Shown here one piece after another: positions 17,948 through 27,190 of a DNA stretch of 32,000 nucleotides; positions within the stretch are counted from its first letter, which is position 1; every line of letters begins with the position of its first letter. A program made the position numbers and the translations under genes. Location: NCBI RefSeq assembly GCF_003367075.2, contig NZ_CP065936.1, positions 1,380,001 through 1,412,000 of the forward strand, in the 5' to 3' direction. The notes below the pieces were generated by a model, which saw nothing but the letters and a program-made list of their open reading frames with translations, did not search any database and had not been told where the DNA came from. This DNA is from Cylindrospermopsis raciborskii Cr2010. GTDB lineage: Bacteria; Cyanobacteriota; Cyanobacteriia; Cyanobacteriales; Nostocaceae.

Positions 17948-18298
17948 TTATGGGGCGTTATTCTTCTCGATTTCATCAATTTCTAAGGTAGGATTATCTC
18001 CAGCTAGTTTCATTACTCCCACCAGCATCAGAGCTTGAATTGAAAAGCCAATAACTATTGCTGTTAAAATAACTGCTTGGGGAACAGGATCAGCATAATT
18101 ACCTTTTTTCACTTCCCCAAGAATGGGAGTAAATAAACCTGCTTTGGATGCAATAAAGACGTAAAAGGCTATTACCCCCGTACTCATCACATCCATGGAG
18201 ATGATCTTCATCACTAGATTTTTTTTGAAAATTATCCCAAAAAATCCCAACAATATTGTTAGCAACACACATGCTTCCATTATCATAATTTTATACAC
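17948..18298 (-). CDS. mrpC: Mrp antiporter subunit C (NuoK-like)
   Basis: About 110 aa with three helices and NuoK/MnhC-like features (ADPVPQAVILTAIVIGFS). The start is GTG 18298 or, more likely, ATG 18286, which is preceded by AAGAGG. Confidence 0.75.
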   Translation of the reverse strand: MYKIMIMEACVLLTILLGFFGIIFKKNLVMKIISMDVMSTGVIAFYVFIASKAGLFTPILGEVKKGNYADPVPQAVILTAIVIGFSIQALMLVGVMKLAGDNPTLEIDEIEKNNAP

Positions 18299-18315
18299 CT
18301 CTTAATCAAAATGAA

Positions 18316-18374
18316 CGTAGGTTGGGTTGAAGTATGAAACCCAACACCCCCATGGGTTTCGCTCCTCAACCCAT
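18316..18374. repeat. Two adjacent family-1 hairpin repeat units in opposite orientation (copies B1 and B2)
   Basis: Unit B1 (18316-18345) is CGTAGGTTGGGTTGAAGTATGAAACCCAAC. Unit B2 (18352-18374) is ATGGGTTTCGCTCCTCAACCCAT, which reads ATGGGTTGAGGAGCGAAACCCAT on the other strand and matches the loop type of the copy at 30643. Confidence 0.85.
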
Positions 18375-18433
18375 CCCACAAATAATCATGCCTCCCCACT
18401 CAGGTAGGAAAATTTATATTTGGAATTTTAAAG

Positions 18434-18442
18434 TGTTATAAT
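18434..18442 (+). promoter_or_regulatory. Extended -10 element TGtTATAAT upstream of the ATPase-like gene
   Basis: TGTTATAAT at 18434-18442, about 77 nt upstream of ATG 18519. No good -35 element, which is consistent with an extended -10 promoter. Confidence 0.3.
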
Positions 18443-18518
18443 ATTAATAGCACCATTTTTTAGTGCTGTCTACCTGCTCAAGTTCAATAATAATTATAGT
18501 AATGATAGTAAATAAGTT

Positions 18519-19637
18519 ATGTTTCTAATGTCAACAGCTACGGAGGAGAAATCTGTTAACTTTGATTTATCTACCCCATTACAATTAATTGGTCGTTCTC
18601 ACGAGTTTGAGCTTATTACAAACATACTTTTACATGATAGGGACTTATTAATCACGGGAGTACCTGGTAGTGGTAGAAGAACATTGGTTAAGATTGCAGC
18701 TCAAGAGGTAGGCGCTCTAATATTAGAAATAGACTGTATTCGTGCGATCGATGGAGAGAGACTACTGCAATTGTTCACAGAAACAATTAATCATAATTGG
18801 GAGGTGAGCAAAATTGAGACATGGGTGGAGCAAAATGGTGGAGAATTGTTTATTTTTAATACAGAAACTAGGCTCAAATTATCTCATGGTCTCAATGATA
18901 AAAAACTGTGGCAGGCATTTGTTATGCTATTGGACTTGTTGCAAAATATAGCCAACGATTTAAATCGAAGAGTGGTATTAATTTTGCAAAGTTTTCCCCA
19001 TATTCGCTCTTGGGATCGTCATAATGTATGGGAATCTACCTTGAGACAAGAAATTAATAGTCATCCGGATGTGAGTTATGTTATATTAGCGACAATTGCC
19101 GAAACAAGCCATCATCAAGATGAGGAGAAGTATGCAATGGAAAAAATTGAATTAGCTCCTTTAGAAAGGGATGTTATGGCAGTTTGGGCCCGGGAAGTTT
19201 TGGAAAAACAAAATCTTAAATTTGATCGTCATTCTCAAGCACTAACCATATTTTTAGATGCGGTTCAGGGGAGCATTGGTGATGCGATGGCATTAATTCA
19301 TAGACTATCGAGTTTACAACATGAACAAGGATTAATTAAAGAAGAAAAGGTCAGACAAGTAATAGAAGCAATGCTGAGGGATTTATCCATAACTTATGAA
19401 TCTTTATTGATGTTACTACCCGGTAATCAGATTCACCTTTTAGAATGTTTAGCCATAGATCCCACAGACAAACCTCAAAGTAAAGAATATATTCAAAAAC
19501 ATGGACTTTCTCGAGGTGGAACTTTGCAAGGTTCCCTAACAGGACTACAGACTAAGGGTTTAATTTATAGTGCCCAACAGGGTTATAAATTAGCACTACC
19601 TCTATTAGCCTTATGGTTAAAACAAAGACTAAATTAA
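18519..19637 (+). CDS. AAA/archaeal-ATPase-like (PF01637-type by recollection) protein with degenerate Walker motifs and a C-terminal winged-helix-like region
   Basis: The P-loop position reads GVPGSGRRT (nt 18657-18683), with Arg where the Walker A Lys is expected. The Walker B position reads VVLILQSF (nt 18972-18995), with QS where DE is expected. The C-terminal GLSRGGTLQGSLTGLQTKGLIY looks like a wHTH. Confidence 0.6.
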   Translation: MFLMSTATEEKSVNFDLSTPLQLIGRSHEFELITNILLHDRDLLITGVPGSGRRTLVKIAAQEVGALILEIDCIRAIDGERLLQLFTETINHNWEVSKIETWVEQNGGELFIFNTETRLKLSHGLNDKKLWQAFVMLLDLLQNIANDLNRRVVLILQSFPHIRSWDRHNVWESTLRQEINSHPDVSYVILATIAETSHHQDEEKYAMEKIELAPLERDVMAVWAREVLEKQNLKFDRHSQALTIFLDAVQGSIGDAMALIHRLSSLQHEQGLIKEEKVRQVIEAMLRDLSITYESLLMLLPGNQIHLLECLAIDPTDKPQSKEYIQKHGLSRGGTLQGSLTGLQTKGLIYSAQQGYKLALPLLALWLKQRLN

Positions 19638-19654
19638 GCAGCTACCTGGAGGCA

Positions 19655-19710
19655 AGCCAGAACGCTGTAAACAAGCTTGATGGGCAAAGTACTGAATAGG
19701 CGTTCTGGCT
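19655..19710. repeat. Family-2 inverted repeat / bidirectional terminator candidate between convergent genes
   Basis: AGCCAGAACGC (19655-19665) and GCGTTCTGGCT (19700-19710) form an 11-bp perfect stem with a 34-nt loop. GTTCTGGCTAAAGCTAT (19702-19718) is identical to 27194-27210. Confidence 0.7.
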
Positions 19711-19721
19711 AAAGCTATTAA

Positions 19722-20732
<1,011 letters not shown>

Positions 20733-20778
20733 TTATCAAAGTGGTAAATAAATTGTCGGTTCATCATCATACCTCAAT

Positions 20779-20807
20779 TTGCTCACCAGCTATCCCATGG
20801 GTGAGCA
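20779..20807. promoter_or_regulatory. Perfect 9-bp inverted repeat in the ilvC / NDH-2 divergent intergenic region
   Basis: TTGCTCACC-N11-GGTGAGCAA (arms 20779-20787 and 20799-20807). Confidence 0.3.
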
Positions 20808-20934
20808 ATGATTATTCCAGGTTACCTTTATTTTTCCTTCAAAAGTTCACAATTAACAGAAATGTTTGTGACAACTTTGATACAAAAATGTTAAGAATAG
20901 TTACAGCAGCAGTAATATAAGGAAAATAATTGTT

Positions 20935-22293
20935 ATGATTGAATCTTCTAGCAATACCCCACCCCATCATGTGGTAATCGTAGGTGGTGGTTTTGGCGGA
21001 CTATATGCGGCTAAAGCATTAGCTAAAACTAATGTGAATGTAACGCTAATAGATAGGCGGAACTTCCATTTGTTTCAACCTTTGCTTTACCAGGTGGCTA
21101 CGGGGGCTTTATCCCCTGCGGATATTTCTTCTCCTTTGCGTTCCATCCTAAGTAAGAACAAAAATACTACGGTTTTATTGGGGGAAGTAAGTGATATTAA
21201 CCCTGAAGATCAGACGGTGATGGTGGGAGGTGAAGCAGTTCCATACCACACCCTGATTGTGGCTACTGGTGCAAAGCATTCTTATTTTGGTAAGGATAAC
21301 TGGGAGGAGTTTGCACCCGGGTTAAAAACCCTAGAGGATGCCATAGAAATGCGCCGACGGATTTTTACCGCCTTTGAAGCAGCAGAAAAGGAAACTGATC
21401 CAGCTAAACGGCGGGCTTTGTTGACTTTTGTGGTGGTTGGTGGTGGTCCCACCGGTGTGGAATTAGCTGGAGCTATTGCTGAATTGGCTAGAAAAACCCT
21501 GAAGGAGGATTTCCGCAATATTGATACCTCGGAAACTCGGGTTCTACTGTTGGAAGGTTTAGATAGGGTTCTTCCTCCCTTCGCACCGGAACTTTCCCAA
21601 ACAGCGGCAGATTCTTTGGCGGAGTTAGGCGTGGAAGTGCAAACCAAAACTTTGGTCACTAATATTGAAGATGATATTGTTACTATTAAGCAGGGTGATG
21701 AGGTAAAAACAATTGCCGCTAGAACCGTATTGTGGGCAGCTGGTGTGAGTGCTTCACCTATGGGCAAGGTCTTAATGGCAACAACCCACGTCGAATGTGA
21801 CCGCGCTGGTCGTGTTATGGTTGAACCAGATTTGAGTATTAAAGGATACCCAAATATCTTTGTTGTTGGCGATTTGGCTAACTTCTGTCATCAAGGTGGT
21901 AAACCTTTACCCGGTGTTGCACCTGTAGCTATGCAAGAGGGAGAATATGTAGCCAAGCTAATCAAAAACCGTCTCTTAGGAGAAGGGACTCCATCATTTA
22001 ACTATATGGACAGGGGTAGTTTAGCTATGATTGGACAGCACTCGGCAGTTGTAGATCTGGGCTTTATTAAAATTAGGGGTTTCTTGGCTTGGTTGTTTTG
22101 GTTGTTTATTCATATATACTTCTTAATTGAGTTTGATAACAAGTTGGTTGTGATGATTCAGTGGATGTGGAGCTATTTTACTCGCAGTCGCAGAGCTAGA
22201 CTAATCACTGGCAAGGAAATTATCAAACATGCTTCAGATGAAGAGCAAGCAAATTATAAGCCTTTGCATGCCAAGCAACCAATGAATGTTTAA
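20935..22293 (+). CDS. Type II NADH dehydrogenase (NDH-2) family flavoprotein
   Basis: Two dinucleotide-binding motifs, VVIVGGGFGGLYAA and VVVGGGPTGVELAG, plus a hydrophobic C-terminal membrane-anchor segment. Confidence 0.85.
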   Translation: MIESSSNTPPHHVVIVGGGFGGLYAAKALAKTNVNVTLIDRRNFHLFQPLLYQVATGALSPADISSPLRSILSKNKNTTVLLGEVSDINPEDQTVMVGGEAVPYHTLIVATGAKHSYFGKDNWEEFAPGLKTLEDAIEMRRRIFTAFEAAEKETDPAKRRALLTFVVVGGGPTGVELAGAIAELARKTLKEDFRNIDTSETRVLLLEGLDRVLPPFAPELSQTAADSLAELGVEVQTKTLVTNIEDDIVTIKQGDEVKTIAARTVLWAAGVSASPMGKVLMATTHVECDRAGRVMVEPDLSIKGYPNIFVVGDLANFCHQGGKPLPGVAPVAMQEGEYVAKLIKNRLLGEGTPSFNYMDRGSLAMIGQHSAVVDLGFIKIRGFLAWLFWLFIHIYFLIEFDNKLVVMIQWMWSYFTRSRRARLITGKEIIKHASDEEQANYKPLHAKQPMNV

Positions 22294-25068
22294 TTAGAGG
22301 TTATCCCGCCTATTCCCATTTAATTTTATTTGTTTGGGGAGATAGGGCGGGGAGGAAGGATCAATCCAATTGCTCAGAACTGCTATTGGGATCATGGGTA
22401 GTATCGGTAGCAAGCAAACCAGCCATTGGTACGAAGTCAAAGGAGCTGTAGCAAATAAGACATTCATTACACTCCACTGACTAAAGAGAATTTGTAGAGC
22501 TGTTGCGATAGTAGTTCCTAGAATAAGAATCGGGACATTAGGGATCCCACTAGCTCGACCACGAAAATACTGAACAATACTCGTACCCAGTTGGCTGATG
22601 CTAATCAAATAGATCATTCGAGCTGCAACCAGAGCTTGAATTGCCATGGTGCGAGCCAGCACTATATTTGCTGTCTGAACCTTGACCCATTCAAAGATTC
22701 CGAAAATCAAAATCCAATTGAACAGCGACACTAACACAATGCGTCCGAGCAGTTTTGAAGTTAGTAATCCTTCATTAGGGTTGCGGGGTGGCTGTCCCAT
22801 TGTTCCTTGGGATATAGGTTCGAAAGCTAGAGGAACAGTCATTGTAATTGAGTTAATCATATTCAACCACAGAACCTGCAAGGGTAAAATTGGCAATTCC
22901 CTTGCCAACAAACTACTAATCAAAATAGTCATAGATTCTCCGCCATTGACGGGTAGTAGAAAGGCGATCGCTTTGCGTAAATTTTGATAAACAGTCCGCC
23001 CTTGTTCCACTGCGGCTTCAATGGAAGCGAAATTATCGTCAGTCAACAGCATGTCAGCAGATTCCCGTGCAACTTCCGTACCATTTTTACCCATTGCAAT
23101 ACCAATATCAGCTTTTTTTAGGGCTGGGGCATCATTAACACCGTCACCAGTCATTGCCACGATATGGCCTTGGGCTTGGAGTGCTTCTACTAGTTGCAGC
23201 TTTTGGAATGGGGTAACTCTGGCAAACACTGAACCTTCAGCTGCTGCTTGTTTGATTTCCCCTTCGTTCATTTGAGCTAATTGTTGCCCTGAAAAGGCAA
23301 TTACTCCAGCAGCAGTTTTAATCCCCATTCGTTGTGCGATCGCCCGTGCCGTGCCAATGTGATCACCGGTAACCATCTTAACTTGAATGCATGCTGACTG
23401 ACAGACATGAACCGCAGCAATGGCCTCCGGACGAGGTGGATCAATCATGCCCTGTAAACCCAGAAAGACCAGGTCAGTTGCAATATCCTCATGATCGATT
23501 GTGTGCTGATCCGACGATAAGAATTTTTGAGCAAAGGCCAGCACCCGTAAACCCTGACTCGTCATTGTCTCGACCTCTTGTTTGATTTGGGTAGGTTTGA
23601 GGGGAATCTGTTGCTCCTGGGCATCAAGCATTTGGGTACAACGACTCAGCAAAGCCTCTACCGATCCTTTTACATAAATGATCCGAGACTCGGCATTGTG
23701 CAGGGTCGCCATGTATTGATAATCAGATTCGAACGGAATTGCATCCAATCGAGGTTTGTCGGCGGTAAGTTGCACCTGAGTGATCCCTGCTTTTTCCGCT
23801 ACAGCAATTAAGGCCCCTTCCGTTGGATCACCAACTACTGACCAATTTGTTCCCATTTGTTTTAGCCGGGAGTCGTTACATAACACCCCTGCCATTAAAC
23901 AATCTGTTAAGACGGGCGCGGTTTGTTTGCCCTCAAAGGCAATCTGATTCTCATCCTTGACCAAAGTAATATCACCCTTTGGACTATAACCGCCACCACT
24001 GACGCGATAGTGTTGACCTCCCGCATAAATTGCCTGCACGGTCATCTGGTTTTCTGTTAAAGTTCCAGTTTTATCTGAACAAATCACCGTCGCGCTACCT
24101 AACGCTTCCACTGCTGGTAACTTGCGAATGATGGCATTGCGTTTGGCCATACGATTGACTCCGATGGCCAAGGCAATGGTCACGACAGCAGGCAGTCCTT
24201 CAGGAATAGCGCTGACTGCCAATGCTACCGCCACCTCAAACATATTCACCCAAGACTTGCCATGTCCCAGTCCCACTACAAAGGTGAAGGTTGCCAAAGT
24301 CAAGATAGCATAGAGCAAGGTGTGGCTGAATTTCTCAAATTTACGGGTCAGGGGCGTACTTAGACTCACTCTGCTTTCCATGGATCGGGAAATTTCTCCT
24401 ACCTCTGTCCTATTGCCAGTGGCCACCACAATGCCTTCTCCCTGGCCAAGGGTAACGAAACTCCCGGCATAAGCCATGTTTTGACGTTCAGCTAGTGGTT
24501 TCTCAGCCGGGATAATTTGGATTGATTTCTCAACCGGAACGGACTCCCCCGTTAAGGCTGATTCATCTACCTGTAAGTTGCGAACCCGCAATAATCTCAA
24601 ATCCGCTGGGACTTTATCCCCCGATGTGAGCACAACTAAGTCCCCAGGCACCAGATCTCTGGCCGGAATCCTCATAGGTTGCCCCTCTCGCAATACAATG
24701 GTTTCAGTTGTAAGGACTTTGGATAGACTGGCGATCGCTCCTTCTGCTTTGGTTTCTTGCACGTAGCCAATAACGGCATTGATCACCGTTACTCCCCAGA
24801 TGACGGTTGCATTTATCCAAGAACCGAGAAGGGCCTTCACGGTTCCAGCTAGTAGCAAAATGTATAGAAGTGGTTGATGAAACTGTAGTAAGAATCTTAA
24901 CCATTCTGGTTTGCCCGGCTTAAATTGCAGTTCGTTCCGGCCATACTTTTCATAGCGTAGAGCCACTTCTTCTGCGCATAACCCAGTCTGTGCGTTACTC
25001 TTAAGATTTTCTATAATCTCAGAGCAAGAAAGTGCATGATAAATTTTAGATGCGGAATGTACAGCCAT
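22294..25068 (-). CDS. P2-type cation-transporting ATPase (Ca2+-ATPase/PacL-like)
   Basis: Motifs TGES (LTGESVPV), PEGLPAV, the phosphorylation site CSDKTGTLT, MVTGDH and TGDGVNDAPALKKADIGIAMG. The ORF is open from TTG 25080; ATG 25068 (MAVHSAS...) is preferred. Ion specificity is not determinable by eye. Confidence 0.9.
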   Translation of the reverse strand: MAVHSASKIYHALSCSEIIENLKSNAQTGLCAEEVALRYEKYGRNELQFKPGKPEWLRFLLQFHQPLLYILLLAGTVKALLGSWINATVIWGVTVINAVIGYVQETKAEGAIASLSKVLTTETIVLREGQPMRIPARDLVPGDLVVLTSGDKVPADLRLLRVRNLQVDESALTGESVPVEKSIQIIPAEKPLAERQNMAYAGSFVTLGQGEGIVVATGNRTEVGEISRSMESRVSLSTPLTRKFEKFSHTLLYAILTLATFTFVVGLGHGKSWVNMFEVAVALAVSAIPEGLPAVVTIALAIGVNRMAKRNAIIRKLPAVEALGSATVICSDKTGTLTENQMTVQAIYAGGQHYRVSGGGYSPKGDITLVKDENQIAFEGKQTAPVLTDCLMAGVLCNDSRLKQMGTNWSVVGDPTEGALIAVAEKAGITQVQLTADKPRLDAIPFESDYQYMATLHNAESRIIYVKGSVEALLSRCTQMLDAQEQQIPLKPTQIKQEVETMTSQGLRVLAFAQKFLSSDQHTIDHEDIATDLVFLGLQGMIDPPRPEAIAAVHVCQSACIQVKMVTGDHIGTARAIAQRMGIKTAAGVIAFSGQQLAQMNEGEIKQAAAEGSVFARVTPFQKLQLVEALQAQGHIVAMTGDGVNDAPALKKADIGIAMGKNGTEVARESADMLLTDDNFASIEAAVEQGRTVYQNLRKAIAFLLPVNGGESMTILISSLLARELPILPLQVLWLNMINSITMTVPLAFEPISQGTMGQPPRNPNEGLLTSKLLGRIVLVSLFNWILIFGIFEWVKVQTANIVLARTMAIQALVAARMIYLISISQLGTSIVQYFRGRASGIPNVPILILGTTIATALQILFSQWSVMNVLFATAPLTSYQWLVCLLPILPMIPIAVLSNWIDPSSPPYLPKQIKLNGNRRDNL

Positions 25069-25257
25069 GGTTTTTCCCAATCATGATTAAGTAGAACACG
25101 ATCTAGCTGGCCACGCCAAAATAAGAATACCCCCCGATTCATCCCAACGGAACGGTGGAGCAGAAACCTTTAAATTCGGCGTTAACACTCATAGGTCTGT
25201 TCCCACAATACTTATATTGACTAATTAACGAAAGCAACTTGGCTTTAGACCAATTTT

Positions 25258-25896
25258 CTACAATTTAGAACTGCCTAAAACCCCTTTGACAACCTGTAGG
25301 CTACCTCCAGCATATAATACTGGTCGGCCCACATCAAAACCATTTTCCTTTAGTAACCCGACTACATCTGTTTTGATCCACTCCCAAGCTGTTGAAGTTT
25401 CAAATAACCAAAAGAATAATGATAAACCTGGCCAAAATAGGGGATTAGTGGGAGGATGAAGGTCTACTAAAGTGAAAATTCCTCCTGGTTTTAATACCCT
25501 GTTTACCTCTTGGATAATTTTCCTCCGTTGCTCAATTTCCATCTCGTGTAAAGCAGCACTGGTGTGTACCACATCAAAAGTATTGTCCTCAAAAGGCATA
25601 TCTTCTGCCCATGCCTCTATATATGTAGCATCTGGCACGTTATTTTTCGCTCTTTGTAATGATATGGGGGAAGCGTCTAATCCGGTAACATGGTGTGATA
25701 ACTTGACTAAAAATGCAGTGGCTTGACCACTACCACAACATAGATCTAAAATCCGAGTGTCAGGGTTTATTGTTAAACCTTGAAGAGCCAGTTGACGAAA
25801 ACGCTGCTCCCCACCCACGGTTAACGCAGCTACACTAGATATGCTATCATATAGCCACTGGTAACGATAACTCAAATCCCTAAAAATTGTCGCCAT
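25258..25896 (-). CDS. Class I SAM-dependent methyltransferase
   Basis: Motif I ILDLCCGSGQAT and a post-I acidic residue (GLDAS). 212 aa; substrate unknown. Confidence 0.8.
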   Translation of the reverse strand: MATIFRDLSYRYQWLYDSISSVAALTVGGEQRFRQLALQGLTINPDTRILDLCCGSGQATAFLVKLSHHVTGLDASPISLQRAKNNVPDATYIEAWAEDMPFEDNTFDVVHTSAALHEMEIEQRRKIIQEVNRVLKPGGIFTLVDLHPPTNPLFWPGLSLFFWLFETSTAWEWIKTDVVGLLKENGFDVGRPVLYAGGSLQVVKGVLGSSKL

Positions 25897-25974
25897 TGAA
25901 ATCTTTCCTGAGCGTTAAGCTTTATATTTATTAATAATAATAAAAAAAGTAAGGATTGGGGGCAAGTAACTGCT

Positions 25975-27138
25975 ATGAGTCGTGTAGGCGTATTATTACT
26001 CAATCTTGGTGGACCTGACAAACTGGAAGATGTCGGGCCATTCTTGTATAACCTATTTTCAGATCCCGAAATTATTCGCCTACCATTTCGTTGGATGCAA
26101 AAGCCATTGGCATGGTTTATTGCCACGAGACGCACAAAAACTTCTCAGGCCAACTATCGGCAAATTGGTGGCGGTTCACCACTTAGACGCATTACTGAAG
26201 AACAGGGAGAGGCTTTAAAATTTCAACTCCATGGTATGGGTAAGTCAGCTACAGTCTACATGGGGATGCGTTATTGGCATCCCTATACAGAAGAGGCGAT
26301 CGCCCAAATAGGGGAGGATAAAATTGAAAAGCTGGTAATTTTGCCATTATATCCCCAATTTTCCATTAGTACCAGTGGTTCTAGTTTCCGACTATTGGAA
26401 AAACTCTGGCAAGAAAATCCCCAACTTCAGCCACCAGAATATACGGTTATTGCTTCATGGTATAAGCAACCGGGCTATTTAAATGCCATGGTGGAGCTAA
26501 TTAATGACCAGCTACATCAATTTCCCCATCCGGAGAAAGTGCATATCTTTTTTAGTGCCCATGGCGTACCCAAAAGTTATGTTGTGGAAGCTGGTGATCC
26601 CTATCAGCAAGAAATTGAAGAGTGTACAGACTTAATTATGCGAACTCTTAACAGTACAAACAACTATACTTTGGCTTATCAAAGTCGTGTTGGTCCTGTG
26701 GAGTGGTTGCAGCCATATACGGAAGACGCACTCAGAGAGTTAGGAGCTAAAGGGGTCAGAGATTTGGTGGTTGTACCCATTAGTTTTGTGTCTGAACACA
26801 TAGAAACCCTGCAGGAGATAGATATTGAGTATCGGGAAATAGCTCATGAAGCAGGTATTGAGAATTTTAGACGTGCAGCTGCACCTAATACTCATCCACT
26901 GTTTATTGAAGCCTTGGCCCAATTGGTGGTTGATGCTTTGGAAAAGCCCAGTCTAAAATTATCTCAAGTTACCCAAATGAGGAAAAAGGTAAAAATGTAC
27001 CCTCAAGAGCGTTGGGAATGGGGATTGACAACCAGTGCTGAGGTATGGAATGGTAGAATTGCCATGTTAGGTTTTATAGCTCTGATTATTGAAATAATTA
27101 CCGGTAGGGGTTTACTTCACGCCATAGGACTCTTGTAG
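25975..27138 (+). CDS. hemH: Ferrochelatase with a C-terminal CAB/Hlip-type chlorophyll-binding helix
   Basis: [13 protein letters not shown]-terminus and full-length ferrochelatase similarity. The C-terminal 44 aa (nt 27004-27138), [38 protein letters not shown], carry the E-x2-N-G-R CAB motif. Confidence 0.95.
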   Translation: MSRVGVLLLNLGGPDKLEDVGPFLYNLFSDPEIIRLPFRWMQKPLAWFIATRRTKTSQANYRQIGGGSPLRRITEEQGEALKFQLHGMGKSATVYMGMRYWHPYTEEAIAQIGEDKIEKLVILPLYPQFSISTSGSSFRLLEKLWQENPQLQPPEYTVIASWYKQPGYLNAMVELINDQLHQFPHPEKVHIFFSAHGVPKSYVVEAGDPYQQEIEECTDLIMRTLNSTNNYTLAYQSRVGPVEWLQPYTEDALRELGAKGVRDLVVVPISFVSEHIETLQEIDIEYREIAHEAGIENFRRAAAPNTHPLFIEALAQLVVDALEKPSLKLSQVTQMRKKVKMYPQERWEWGLTTSAEVWNGRIAMLGFIALIIEIITGRGLLHAIGLL

Positions 27139-27190
27139 GATGGGAGCAAGCCCTACCTAACTCTCGTTTTTACCCATCAACCCTTTCTAA

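Noticed and set aside
21282-21767. 161-aa ORF antisense to the NDH-2 gene
   Set aside because: The long antisense frame is an artefact of codon bias (Ala/Ser/Pro/Arg-rich). The sense strand carries two Rossmann motifs.
22682-24904. Eight short ORFs within the P-type ATPase gene (22682-22987, 23021-23275, 23391-23585, 23578-23811, 24122-24313, 24578-24766, 24704-24904, 25472-25726 in the methyltransferase)
   Set aside because: All lie inside strongly supported genes, antisense or (24704-24904) out of frame on the same strand, and none has a motif.
25081-25257. Possible metal riboswitch (yybP-ykoY Mn or M-box Mg) in the 177-nt region upstream of the P-type ATPase
   Set aside because: I could not find the conserved GGGGAGUAG/GACAUA-type cores or an M-box-like architecture by eye. 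Only a 17-codon uORF and weak stems are present. A cmscan against Rfam would be needed to exclude it formally.
25872-26922. Track ORFs 25872-26135 (minus), 26006-26218 (plus, out of frame) and 26740-26922 (minus) around hemH
   Set aside because: They overlap the well-supported hemH CDS or its promoter region and have no motifs.
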